From Macrostomum lignano (Eukaryota): 64,000 bases of DNA. Below the pieces are notes generated by a model, which ran no database searches, was not told the DNA's origin, and was given only the letters and a program-made list of their open reading frames with translations. This document shows positions 22,367-38,613 of this stretch, piece after piece. The DNA is taken from the NCBI GenBank assembly GCA_002269645.1, contig NIVC01000260.1:310001-374000 (forward strand), read 5' to 3'. Numbering within the stretch: the first letter of the stretch is position 1; each line of letters opens with the position of its first letter. A program made the translations under genes and the position numbers.

Positions 22367-24469
22367 TCAACGTCGCTTGTCATTCCATCCGTGGTGCCAT
22401 TCGTAGTTCGCCGAATTTCTGTCGTAGACGTCGTAGCGATTGCCGTTGAGCAGCTCGTCCAGCAGCAGATCGACATAGTTCTCGTCGCTCATCAGCAAAT
22501 CGACAAACCAGTCGTCCGGTCTCGGACGGCTGTTGCTGACCGGATGTTTGTAGGGCCTATTTGTGAGCGTTTTGTGTTTAAAAAGTTATTGTAAATTCCA
22601 ACGGTTTGCTTAATGCAATTAGACTGTAGGTGGCAAAGCGGGTTCTTGTGTCATAGTCGTTTGTCATGACCGCAGATACTAAAATAACTAGATGGACCAC
22701 TCAGGAGGCACTTGTACTTAGTAAAGCAGCTTTTTACTTGCATTTCAGTAGCAAAGAAGAATACATAAGCTATTTTATAAAAAATAAAGGCAGCTTAAAT
22801 GACTTTGATAAGTTTAGAAGCCCAAAGCTTGCAGGCGTAAACAGCTTGCTAATTGGTTCAGCAATAATGTACATTGGCCAGTCCACTGAAATGTACATGG
22901 CAGCTTTAGGCAATAAAAATTGGGGCGGGCGGGGGGTTGTGTGGAAAGGCTCGGTTGGATGAGGGGTAAGAGCCTATAAATGAGCCTTGGCTTTAAAAAA
23001 GACATTAAAATGCTTCAGTTTAACTTACTACTGAACTGAAAGTAGCTTACACGCAAATGTGCTGAGTGGCCCATCTAGTCTAATTATTCTAGTATCTCAG
23101 TATCTGCAATTTTTTGCATCCTGAATTTGGACTCAGTTTTTTTCCCAGCTGGGTGTCATTTAATTCAGTTCTATGTTAAACTCATATTTCCTTTAAAATA
23201 TCAATACTGGATACTGGGATTCTCAATATTTCAAGGCCTCTACTCTAAAAATTGTAAACTTTGATTAATTTGTAAACCTGAAGTCCGCAGATTTTCTGCA
23301 ACTTCTATGGGTGAGAGCTAGACTGCTCAGCAGTCGAAAGGGTCGAGTAGAGTATCCAGATGGCACTGTGATTCTGACGCTTAAGAAAAAATCGAGGTAG
23401 CAAATATGAATTGTGTTTCAAATACCTGCGACTTTCGATGGGTCCCTCGTCGGCAATGATGCCATCTCCGGCGTAGTTTGAGCTCGCCAACTTCCCTCCT
23501 TCATAGTCTCGACTCCGCCTGTCGTTCTTAGCCTTGATGCCGTCATTGTTGTTGCTGCTGCTGTAGTCAGTTCTGCCGCTGTATGCACTGGACTTGGTTG
23601 CCAGGTCCTTTCCTGGCTTCTCATTGTAGTAAATCTCGATGGGTTGCTTCTTTCGATTGTATTCGTTCTCCAACTCTCTGTTGCTGACATCATTGTAACG
23701 TTTAATGCTGGGTCTTTGCTTAGCGTTGTTGTACTTGTTGTCAACTTCTCTGTTGTTGTACTTGTTGTCAACTTCTCTGTTGTTGTACTTGTTGTCAATT
23801 TCTCTGTTGTTGTTGTACTTGTTGTCAACTTCTAGGTTATTGTTGTACTTGTTGTCAACTTCTCGGTTGTTGTTGTACTTGTTGTCAACTTCTCTGTTGT
23901 TGTTGTACTTGTTGTCAACTTCTCTGTTGTTGTTGTACTTGTTGTCAACTTCTCGGTTGTTGTTGTACTTGTTGTCAACTTCTCTGTTGTTGTTGTACTT
24001 GTTGTCAACTTCTCTGTTGTTGTTGTACTTGTTGTCAACTTCTCTGTTGTTGTACTTGTTGTCAACTTCTCTGTTGTTGTTGTACTTGTTGTCAACTTCT
24101 CTGTTGTTGTTGTACTTGTTGTTAACTTCTCTGTTGTTGTTGTACTTGTTGTCAACTTCTCTGTTGTTGTTGTACTTGTTGTCAACTTCTCTGTTGTTGT
24201 ACTTGTTGTCAACTTCTCTGTTTTTGTTGTACTTGTTGTCAACTTCTCTGTTGTTGTTGTACTTGTTGTCAACTTCTCTGTTGTTGTTGTACTTGTTGTC
24301 AACTTCTCTGTTGTTGTACTTGTTGTCAACTTCTCTGTTGTTGTTGTACTTGTTGTCAACTTCTCTGTTGTTGTTGTACTTGTTGTCAACTTCTCTGTTG
24401 TTGTTGATTTTGTATCTGTTGAGAGCTTCTCGGTTGCTGTTGTATTCATATCTGTCGTTAACTTCTCGG

Positions 24470-24528
<59 letters not shown>

Positions 24529-25251
24529 GGTGGTGTATCTGTTGTCAGCTTCTCGGTGGTTTTTGTTGTTGTTGTTGTGGTCGAATTTATTGTCAACTTC
24601 TCGGTTGTTGTGGTTGTTGTGGTTGTTGTATTTTTTGTTGTCTTCTCGGTTGTTGTGGTTTTGGTTGTTGTATTTGTTGTCAGCTTCTCGGTTGTTGTGG
24701 TTGTTGTTGTTGTCGTTGGATTTGGTATCAACTTCTCGGTTGTTGTTGTTGTATTTGTTGTCAGCTTCTCGGTTGTTGTGTTTGTGGTTGTTGTATTTGT
24801 TGCCAACTTCAAGGTTGTCGCTGTACTTGTTATCTCTGCGGTTGTTGTGAATGTTGCTATTGGTGCTGCTTTGATATTGGGCATCTGAAGCTTCTTCGCC
24901 ATTCGGCATTTTATTGTAGTTCTCTTTCTTCACTTTGTTGTTATTGCTAATCTCACTGTTGCCAACTCCAATCTTCCTTTCGTTCAAAATAGTTCTTTTC
25001 TGCTCCTGATGCTCGCTTCGACTCTCGCTTTTGTGCCGGCGTTCTTCTTGACGGTTGAAATGATGATGTTCGGCTAAGCTTCTGGATGCAACATCAACTG
25101 CCTCCGGACTCTTGGGTGGCGGTGGCGGTGGCGGTGGCGGTGGCGGAGGCCCACGCTCTGATCCTCCCAGCATCCAGGAGAGACCTTCAGCAGCGGGTGC
25201 CACAGACGCCAGTAGAACAATGGCAAATGCAAGTTTACAGAAAAGATGCAT
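22367..25251 (-). CDS. Secreted Asn-rich tandem-repeat protein, 2 exons (25251-23426, 22556-22367), ~671 aa
   Basis: Signal-peptide-like start MHLFCKLAFAIVLLASVAPAAEG. About 23 N(N)NREVDNKY units whose length changes are all multiples of 3. A phase-2 donor CGCAG|GTATTT at 23426/23425 joins acceptor AATAG|G at 22557/22556, giving a non-repetitive tail ..PDDWFVDLLMSDENYVDLLLDELL..EWHHGWNDKRR*. Confidence 0.75.
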
Positions 25252-25808
25252 GATTTTTTAAAATGATAATAATAGACAAGAAGGTAGGCTCTTTTCATTA
25301 AAATTACCTGACTTTTAAGACACTTTCTTAGTCCGATCAAGCCAGAATACTTGTACATCGAATTGCATGGCTTTGTACGTAGTTGATTGAGTCATTCTAT
25401 CTGTTCAGTGTAGATTTTTGCCAGCGAAGAATTAAAAAGGGGTGCTTGGTTTGATTGAAGGCGGCGCTTTCAGTGTACATCTAGCTGTACAGCCTCAAAC
25501 CCTTACCCCGTAGGTCAGACAGGCTCGCGCAATGATTTCTACTCCCCTCTCCCCGAGGCGATCGCTGATTGGCTGGTGTGAAAAAGCCGACTTCGCACTC
25601 CTCTTGTTAGCTTGAAAGATAGGCTTTGAACGGAAACCAAAGTGGATTTAGGAACGTCATATCAGAAACGTTTTTGCGTTGCAAAACAAAACACCGTTGA
25701 GTATAATTCAGTATATTTATTATAACTTCATTGTACTAGAAATTTTCCTTGCAAAGTGATATAATAAAGCGGTAGTTTATTATCACAATAAGAACAGTTT
25801 TTTTGGAT

Positions 25809-28800
25809 CTACTTTGCCCATTTTCCAACTCCGGGACGAATTCCGCGCGCATTGATGACTTCATCAACTACCGCTTGCTTCGTCTCGTTCCACTCCTTGG
25901 CTGACTCTTGGACTACGTACTCGCGTTCGACTTCCTCCTGAATTGAGTCAAAGGTTGACGGGTTTGTCATTTACTAGTACATTGTCTACGGTGCTAGACA
26001 ATGTAGATGCACTGAGTATGATAATAAATCAAGTTTGCTGGTAATTAATAAACGAAACTAAACGAGATGCCATGGCTCAAGGGGAGTTGCTGAGATGCCA
26101 TGGCTGAAGGGGAGTTGCTGAGAGTCATGGCTCAAGGGGAGTTGCTGAGAGTCATGGCTCAAGGGGAGTTGCTGAGATGGCATGGCTCAAGGGGAGTTGC
26201 TGAGATGCCTTGGCTCAAGGGGAGTTGCAGAGATGCCATGGCTCAAGGGGAGTTGCTGAGATGCCTTGGCTGAAAAGACAAGAAAATCAAGTTCGCAATG
26301 TTTTTGTAGTAGATCAAAAACTTCAGCGAGCACCCCAAACGCCCACCTGCGGCATTTTCCCAAGGCTGGCATCGGCCGACTGTCCAATCAGTAGCCGAGT
26401 GTCCGAGTCCAGCTCGGCCAGCTTGTCCGGCCGGAGTACAGCCATTCGGACAGTGTCCGTCTCTGCGATGAGAGTGCACGGCATGTCCTCCTGATCTAGC
26501 AGGGAGGCTTCCCCGAACGACTGCTTCGGCCCGATGCGACTCATGACGATGTGGGCGGTGCGCTGCACCTCCTGCCCATTTTTCAGAGTCTTGTTCGCGA
26601 CCAGCTTGCGCAGGAGGAGGCAGGTACCCGATTGGATGTAGCCTAGAAGCGCAACGGGGGGAGGGGCGCAGGGTGAGTCATCAGTTTTCAAGCAATATTT
26701 GTTTCACTTGCTGTTTTCATGTAACTCACTGTTCATCCAAATGTCAATCCTTATGGATAACAATGTCACTATTCTTTTCAATTTCACTCTATATTCACCC
26801 CAATTTCACCCTTGCTTATTACCACTGTCACTCTGTGTGCTCATCCATACTGTCACTCTGTGTGCTCATTCCTACTGTCACTCTGTGAGCTCATCTATAC
26901 TGTCACTCTGTGTGCTCATCCCTACTGTCACTCTGTGTGCTCATCCCTACTGTCACTCTATGTGCTCATCCCTACTGTCACTCTGTGTGCTCATCCCTAC
27001 TGTCACTCTGTGTGCTCATCCCTACTGTCACTCTGTATGCTCATCCCTACTGTCACTCTGTGTGCTCATCCCTACAGTCATCTGTGTGCTCATCCCTACA
27101 GTCATCTGTGTGCTCATCCCTACAGTCATCTGTGTGCTCATCCCTACAGTCATCTGTGTGCTCATCCCTACTGTCACTCTGTGTGCTCATCCCTACTGTC
27201 ACTCTGTGTGCTCATCCCTACTGTCACTCTGTGTGCTCATTCCTATTGTCACTCTGTGTGCTCATTCCTATTGTCACTCTGTGTGCTCATCTCTACTGTC
27301 ACTCTGTGTGCTCATCAATACTGTCATCTGTGTGCTCCTACTGTCACTGTGTGTGCTCATCCCTACTGTCACTCTGTGTGCTCATCAATACTGTCACTCT
27401 GTGTGCTCATCAATACTGTCACTCTGTGTGCTCATCCCTACTGTCACTCTGTGTGCTCATCCCTACTGTCACTCTGTGTGCTCATCAATACTGTCACTCT
27501 GTGTGCTCATCAATACTGTCACTCTGTGTGCTCATCCCTACTGTCACTCTGTGTGCTCATCAATACTGTCACTCTGTGTGCTCATCAATACTGTCACTCT
27601 GTGTGCTCATCCCTACTGTCACTCTGTGTGCTCATCCCTACTGTCACTCTGTGTGCTCATCAATACTGTCACTCTGTGTGCTCATCAATACTGTCACTCT
27701 GTGTGCTCATCCCTACTGTCACTCTGTGTGCTCATCAATACTGTCACTCTGTGTGCTCATCAATACTGTCACTCTGTGTGCTCATCCCTACTGTCACTCT
27801 GTGTGCTCATCAATACTGTCACTCTGTGTGCTCATCGTTTCTGCCCAACTTACCAATAAAAGGTGCCTTGAAGCCTTCGCTGGCAATGACGCTATTGGCT
27901 GGCACGGTCAGCCAATCGACCAGCCGAACGACCTTCAGCAGCGGCTGTCGTGACCAGAGCGTGTAGCCCGGGTTCTCAAGCAGCAGGCCAACCTTCTCAG
28001 TCTCGTCCTTGTTCTCCAGCTGCTGTTTGAGTCGCTGATAATCGTAGGAAGAAATCTTTAAAAACTCGCTGCCATCGTCAGGGAGATACACTGAGAGAAT
28101 CTTATCGCCGGAACGCGGCTGCTCCGTGTACTTTAGCGTGCCGAACATTTCGCCGACTTTGATCTGGGGTAGGGGGGGCGGTGAAAGAAAGATTGGAAAG
28201 ATTTTGTCATTTGTAAAATTCTTAAAACGATAGAGAGATGCAGTGAGGGATAAAGGGAGGAAGGTAGGGATGAAGAGATGCAGGGAGGGATGGGAAGATA
28301 AAGGTAGGAATGGAGAGATGCAGGGAGGGATGAGAGATGCAGGGAGAAATGGAGAGATGCAGGGAGGGATGAAGAGATGCAGGGAGGGATGGAGAGATGC
28401 AGGGAGAAATGGAGAGATGCAGGGAGGGATGAAGAGATGCAGGGAGGGATGGAGAGATGCAGGGAATGATGGAGAGATGCAGGGAGGGATGGAGAGATGC
28501 AGGGAATGATGGAGAGATGCAGGGAGGGATGGAGAGATGCAGGGAATGATGGAGAGATGCAGGGAATGATGGAGAGATGCAGGGAGGGATGGAGAGATGC
28601 AGGGAATGATGGAGAGATGCAGGGAGGGATGGAGAGATGCAGGGAATGATGGAGAGATGCAGGGAGGGATGGAGAGATGCAGGGAGAAATGGAGAGATGC
28701 AGGGAATGATGGAGAGATGCAGGGAGGGATGGAGAGATGCAGGGAATGATGGAGAGATGCAGGGAATGATGGAGAGATGCAGGGAGGGATGGAGAGATGC

Positions 28801-30722
28801 AGGGAATGATGGAGAGATGCAGGGAGGGATGGAGAGATGCAGGGAATGATGGAGAGATGCAGGGAGGGATGGAGAGATGCAGGGAATGATGGAGAGATGC
28901 AGGGAGGGATGGAGAGATGCAGGGAATGATGGAGAGATGCAGGGAATGATGGAGAGATGCAGGGAGGGATGGAGAGATGCAGGGAATGATGGAGAGATGC
29001 AGGGAGGGATGAAGAGATGCAGGAAGGGATGAAGAGAAAAAGTGGAGTAAAACTCGATCTACTCACCACCTGCTGCTCATCCTTCTCCAGCGTCCGGCAG
29101 CGTTCAATAAAAGCGGCCTCGTCCGCATCGTCCATGCCGTGCATAGAAGGCTCGGTGAGCGCCACCGCGCAGCCGTGCAGCACCAGGAACAAAGACCCGT
29201 GCGCCAGCAGGGTGACGTCACCTTCCGGCCATCGTTCCAGTTTAACAACTGTAGCCAGCTCTTTCAGTAGACTGTCCGACACTTGACTGCTCAACGGTTC
29301 GATGTTGCGCATCAGCTGGTAGATTTTGTCGTTCTCCTCGGCGGTTCTCTCATACATTGGCTGTTTGAGCAGCCGGCGGAGGGCCTGCACCACCGCGTGC
29401 TTGGTGGGCTTGGCGGCCGCTGCTGCTGCGGTTGGTGGGGGGGGGTGCAGCAGGAGCTGGGCTTAGCCAGTTGCTAGGCAGTTAAAGTAGAAGGACGCGC
29501 ACTAAAATCGCCAAATCATTGACAAAGCACGAATGTGTTCTGTCCGAGGTGCACTCAAAAGTTTATCAAGCTATTTTTATAGCTGACGGGCAAACTTCCC
29601 GCGAAATTTTGACTGTTCATTCAGTAAATTCATTCAGTTGAGTATTACTATTTCGATCTCGATTTTAACGTCATCTGACACCAGATTTGGCGCTCATCTG
29701 ACACCCGATTTGGCGCTCATCTGACACCCGATTTGGCGCTCATCTGACACCCGATTTGGCGCTCATCTGACACCAGATTTGGCGCTCATCTGACACCCGA
29801 TTTGGCGCTCATCTGACACCCGATTTGGCGCTCATCTGACACCCGATTTGACGCTCATCTGACACCCGATTTGGCGCTCATCTGACACCTGATTTGGCGC
29901 TCATCTGACACCCGATTTGGCGCTCATCTGACACCCGATTTGGCGCTCATCTGACACCCGATTTGACGCTCATCTGACACCCGATTTGGCGCTCATCTGA
30001 CACCCGATTTGGCGCTCATCTGACACCTGATTTGGCGCTCATCTGACACCCGATTTGGCGCTCATCTGACACCCGATTTGGCGCTCATCTGACACCCGAT
30101 TTGACGCTCATCTGACACCCGATTTGGCGCCATCTGATACCCGATTTGGCGCTCATCTGACACCCGATTTAGCGCTCACCTGATACCCGATTTGGCGCTC
30201 ATCTGACACCCGATTTGGCGCCAAGCGACACATGAATTAGACATAATAAAGTCTACAATAATGGAAAACTTCCTTTTGGATAAATGCGCTTTGCCCTGCG
30301 AGAACTGACCTACAGTGGGAGTGTAACAACACAACACAATCGTGCCGATCAATCGCTCATGGAAGCTACTATAAGTAGAAACAGATGAACTTCCAATAAC
30401 AATAGCAGCAATTAAGTAGGATTGTCACTTGCCAACTTTGCTATTGGCGTGGGCCCGCCTGGTGAACTCGCGAATGTCGTGCGGCTTGTACTCGATGGCC
30501 AGCAGGGAGCCTCCGCCGCCCGGCTGTTGCTGGGCGCAGCAGCTCCGGTCGGCTGGCAGCTCGGCGGCAGGCGGCTGAGTGATTCTCAAACTAGCCCGGT
30601 CGGAGAACCGCTTCTCGGTGTGCAACGGCGGCAGGCGGCTCGGGGCTGCCGAGTCGACGAAAACTCGGTGATAATTGCGCATCACTTCGGCGTGCGCATC
30701 GGCCGTGCTGCGCTTTTGCAAA
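25809..30722 (-). CDS. CNBD1: Cyclic nucleotide-binding domain protein, CNBD1-like
   Basis: Exons ~30722-30435 (5' structure uncertain), ~29458-29067, 28163-27854, 26642-26347 and 25937-25809; the last three junctions are in phase. Segments LKQPMYERTAEE..LKELATVVKLERW, GEMFGTL..EFLKIS, FIGYIQSGTC..QSFGEASLL..PCTLIA recall the two cNMP-binding domains of CNBD1. It ends GIRPGVGKWAK*. Confidence 0.75.
26069..26270. repeat. ~28-bp intronic minisatellite CATGGCTCAAGGGGAGTTGCTGAGATGC
   Basis: About 7 tandem units in the last CNBD1-like intron. Confidence 0.85.
26820..27836. repeat. 25-bp intronic minisatellite TACTGTCACTCTGTGTGCTCATC(CC/AA)
   Basis: Starts ~16 nt inside the donor at 27853. Confidence 0.92.
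28244..29035. repeat. 20-bp intronic minisatellite GGAGAGATGCAGGGA(GG/AT)GAT
   Basis: Fills most of intron 29066-28164. Confidence 0.92.
29672..30222. repeat. 23-bp minisatellite ATCTGACACCCGATTTGGCGCTC (array 1)
   Basis: About 24 units; the same unit recurs at 32660-32978. Confidence 0.93.
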
Positions 30723-32240
30723 CTAAAACAAAAATGGGGTTGGGGTTATAAAAATACTAATCAAACTGAAATTCAATTAATAATTCCAGTGATTTCCCAA
30801 CTTTAATACTTCAATGTTTAAATATTACTCTAGTGCAAATTCATGAATTTACTGTATGGAAGTTTTGAAATGCGTAAATACTATTTCAAACATTTTTAAT
30901 GATCAATTTACAATGAATGTAAATTAAATAGGCCTATAAAAAGTGTAAAAAATATGTCTAATAAATTTTTCCAAATATTTTTTGCTTGTCTGCCTCCGTC
31001 CCAGGTATATATTCTTACTAAAAATAAAAATTTTTCCATCAAATTCATTCATATTATTAATAAATAGATCAAATGTTTGTAATGCAGCTGTAACCTGTAA
31101 CTTAAATAAGTAATGTCAATATAAAAAAATCATTAAAGTCCATAAGTTTGAACGATCATACGACTTAAAAGCTTTTATATCAGAGTAAATTAGCCATAAT
31201 CAAATGATAAAAATAAAGCATGGTTAAATTGATTGAATAGTTTTATTTCAACAAATAAACCAAGCAAAAAAATAGGTTCAGAGGGTTCAGTCAAAATTCT
31301 TAATCATCATTTGAATGTCCTACTTACACGTTTGAAAGTCCTTCAATACCAACGAGCTTCCGAAGGAAATCATAGTTAATTGGTTTTGTAGATTCATCCA
31401 TGGCTTAAGTTTAAGTGATATTTATTAGGTTAGAATGTGTCTGCTGGCATCGTTAACAATAACAACATATTATGATAGCAGTGTTTCTGATCCTACCATG
31501 TAAAAATCGACACTCACTAACATGTTAAAAACCAATATTGTCTCGAATGATGCTTAAAAAACAATGTATCTATTCAACTTCAATATTTAAACATATTTTG
31601 GAATATTCGAGTAACTAAACACCTTAGTTGCGTTCTACTAGCTAGACATGCAATAATTTGTTATACTTTAGCAAAAATTACCGTGCAGAGAAAATTTCAA
31701 ATGTGTTTTATAATATGTTTCAAACATGTCTTCACGATCAATTTATACCTAAGGGGATTTAGTGTATACATTATTAACATTATTCGAGCGACAGGTAGCA
31801 TTACATACGAGAAGTTTTGTCTATATGCCTTTTTGAGAAAATACTATTTTTGATAAACTCTTAAAACGTAATTTGTTTCATAAATTCCAACATTAATTAA
31901 TATCGGGAAGAGAACATCCAATATGTTACACTGCACTTTTCCACGAAGCACACCTTAAATAGCTTAGTAGTAGTATCTCTAACTTCACGAGACTGTATTT
32001 CGCTCTTTTTATTTGCAATTATGCTGGTTATATACCGGTAATCACAACTGAAGTGTGTCAATATTTCTTCTATACATGTGCAAATAATTTTATACAAGCC
32101 TGAAAAGTTACTGCTGAAAGCCTGAAATTGTATGGTCTGCTGCGCAGCCAATCACATTCAATATTTTTAACAAGCAACAATCTTATTAAATAGACAGAAT
32201 TTATTTTACGCTACATGCCACTACTGTAAGCGCCGCTAAA

Positions 32241-35350
<3,110 letters not shown>

Positions 35351-35439
35351 ATGCGGAACCGACATTTCAGCTGCTGTTGGGTGCGCTTGGGGATTCGCTG
35401 CTGTATCTGCCAGTTTGTTTCTCTGCTTTTCTCCACTCT

Positions 35440-35885
35440 ACCAAATCTACTCTACCACCCGATCTACTCTACCACTCGATCTTAGTCTACTAGCCGATCT
35501 ACTCTACTACCTGACCTACTCTACCACCTGATCTACTTTAACACCTTATCTACTCTACCACCCGATCTACTCTACCACCCGATCTACTCTACCACCCGAT
35601 CTACTCTACCACCTGATCTACTCTACCACTCGATCTTAGTCTACTACCCGATCTACTCTACCACCCGATCTACTCTACCACCCGATCTACTCTACCACCC
35701 GATCTACTCTACCACCTGATCTACTTTTACACCCGATCTACTCTACCACCTGATCTACTTTAACACCCGATCTACTCTACCACCTGATCTACTTTAACAC
35801 CCGATCTACTCTACCACTCGATCTTAGTCTACTACCCGATCTACTCTATCACCTGACCTACTCTACCACCCGATCTACTCTATCA
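35440..35885. repeat. 17-bp minisatellite GATCTACTCTACCACCC downstream of the SDR stop
   Basis: Direct tandem units. Confidence 0.88.
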
Positions 35886-36565
35886 TCCCAATTTACCTAA
35901 TTTTTCGATACAATGTGCTCAAAAGTTTACATCAATAAAATTTATTTTTACAATACTTTTAACATTAAAATAACGGGAACGAGAACTACTTTCAAGTATT
36001 TAATATAGTACTTCAATCCTAAGCTATTTAAATTTATCTGCATTCGTTTCAATTCATCAGATTATAAATGATTTTGCGAAATATACTACTCACTACCAAA
36101 TTAAGTAGAAAGATGCTGTTAACCGTCATATTTAAATTAACAATAAAAATAATGGTACGCAAATTGCAGCCATTAAAGTCTGCTTAGCTGGGTGGTCAAG
36201 TGTTTTTTTAAATCTCTTTTGTCTTTATTTTTTTTCCGCGATTCAGCACCATCAGGAGCAATTCCCACGGGTTCGCAAATATTTAGCTATTACCAGAACA
36301 ACAGCGAGCTGACCCAAATTAGCCCAGCTCTGGGTGCTAGTTTTGGGTCATGCGCCCCACTGTGAAGCTGGAGTAGGTATTTTATTTTACACTGTTCTCA
36401 AGCTGGGGGCTGTCGTGAGCTCTTCGTGAAGAGACCTTAATCTAGCGCTGCCCATTGTCTGGCTATAGGGGTCAGTCAGTGCAAACCCATTTGGCCAGCA
36501 CTGGTTTGCACTAGTGCTGCATCTGGGGCAGACCTGTCCGTTTATGCTCTGCCTAGACTAATACT

Positions 36566-37620
36566 ATCTACCTGTCCATCTACCTGTCCATCTATCTGTC
36601 TATCTACCTGTCCATCTACCTGTCCATCTACCTGTCTATCTACCTGTCTATCTACCCCTGTCCATCTACCTGTCTATCTACCTGTCCATCTACCTGTCTA
36701 TCTACCTGTCTATCTACCTGTCTATCTACCTGTCCATCTACCTGTCTATCTACCTGTCTATCTACCCCTGTCCATCTACCTGTCTATCGACCTGTCTATG
36801 TACCTGTCCATCTACCTGTCTATCGACCTGTCTATCGACCTGTCTATCGACCTGTCTATCGACCTGTCTATCGACCTGTCTATCGACCTGTCTATCGACC
36901 TGTCTATCGACCTGTCTATCGACCTGTCTATCGACCTGTCTATCGACCTGTCTATCGACCTGTCTATCGACCTGTCTATCGACCTGTCTATCGACCTGTC
37001 TATCGACCTGTCTATCGACCTGTCTATCGACCTGTCTATCGACCTGTCTATCGACCTGTCTATCGACCTGTCTATCGACCTGTCTATCGACCTGTCTATC
37101 GACCTGTCTATCGACCTGTCTATCGACCTGTCTATCGACCTGTCTATCGACCTGTCTATCGACCTGTCTATCGACCTGTCTATCGACCTGTCTATCGACC
37201 TGTCTATCGACCTGTCTATCGACCTGTCTATCGACCTGTCTATCGACCTGTCTATCGACCTGTCTATCGACCTGTCTATCGACCTGTCTATCGACCTGTC
37301 TATCGACCTGTCTATCGACCTGTCTATCGACCTGTCTATCGACCTGTCTATCGACCTGTCTATCGACCTGTCTATCGACCTGTCTATCGACCTGTCTATT
37401 GACCTGTCTATCGACCTGTCCATATCTACCTGTATAGCTACCTGTCTATCGACCTGTCTATCTACCTGTCCATATCTACCTGTATAGCTACCCGTCTATC
37501 TACCCTGTCTATATTTATCTGTCTATCTATCTGTCTATCTACCTGTCTATCCACTTGTCAATCTACCTAAATATCCACCTGTCTATCTAGTTTCCAATCC
37601 ACTCTTTGTATCTACTTGTC
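36566..37620. repeat. 12-bp minisatellite CTATCGACCTGT with degenerate flanks
   Basis: Perfect core 36820-37400. Confidence 0.95.
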
Positions 37621-38035
37621 TATATACATGTACCAATGTGTCTAACAATTGTCTTTACCATTGTATTCCTGCCACATAGAGAGCATACTATGTGAGAGGA
37701 AGCACTAATTCCATGGTAGCTAGTAGATAAATGTTTCTGAAACCGCGAAATTCTCTCTTTCTCGCCCTGTGGGGTATTCCGTCTCTGGCAGAATCTCGGC
37801 TGCCTGCACCCCTGCCTATGCTGCACTGTACACCATTGTTTTTTTTCTGTCTTGTCCTACCAACAGAAATTTGCTTTTTCTCTCTCTGCTTCTCTGCATA
37901 TTTAAAGACATGCTGCGGCATTTGGTAGTTATAATACGAGTAGATTATGCGCGTGGCGAGCAAAGAGTCTGCGGACTGAACCTGCACCGCACTTCGATTC
38001 CAATTCGATCTATTAAAAGTAAGTAAGGGCGACAA

Positions 38036-38582
<547 letters not shown>

Positions 38583-38613
38583 TATCACCTATTTACTCAC
38601 CAGGCAACAGGCC

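Noticed and set aside
23305-23425. C-terminal 40 aa of the 648-aa ORF (YLKHNSYLLPRFF..)
   Set aside because: Probably intron read-through: a phase-compatible donor at 23425 joins a more protein-like exon at 22556.
23418-24902. Thr-rich mucin-like (TTTTEKLTTS) and poly-Leu ORFs
   Set aside because: Alternative frames of the Asn-rich gene; only the NNREVDNKY frame has a signal peptide and spliced tail.
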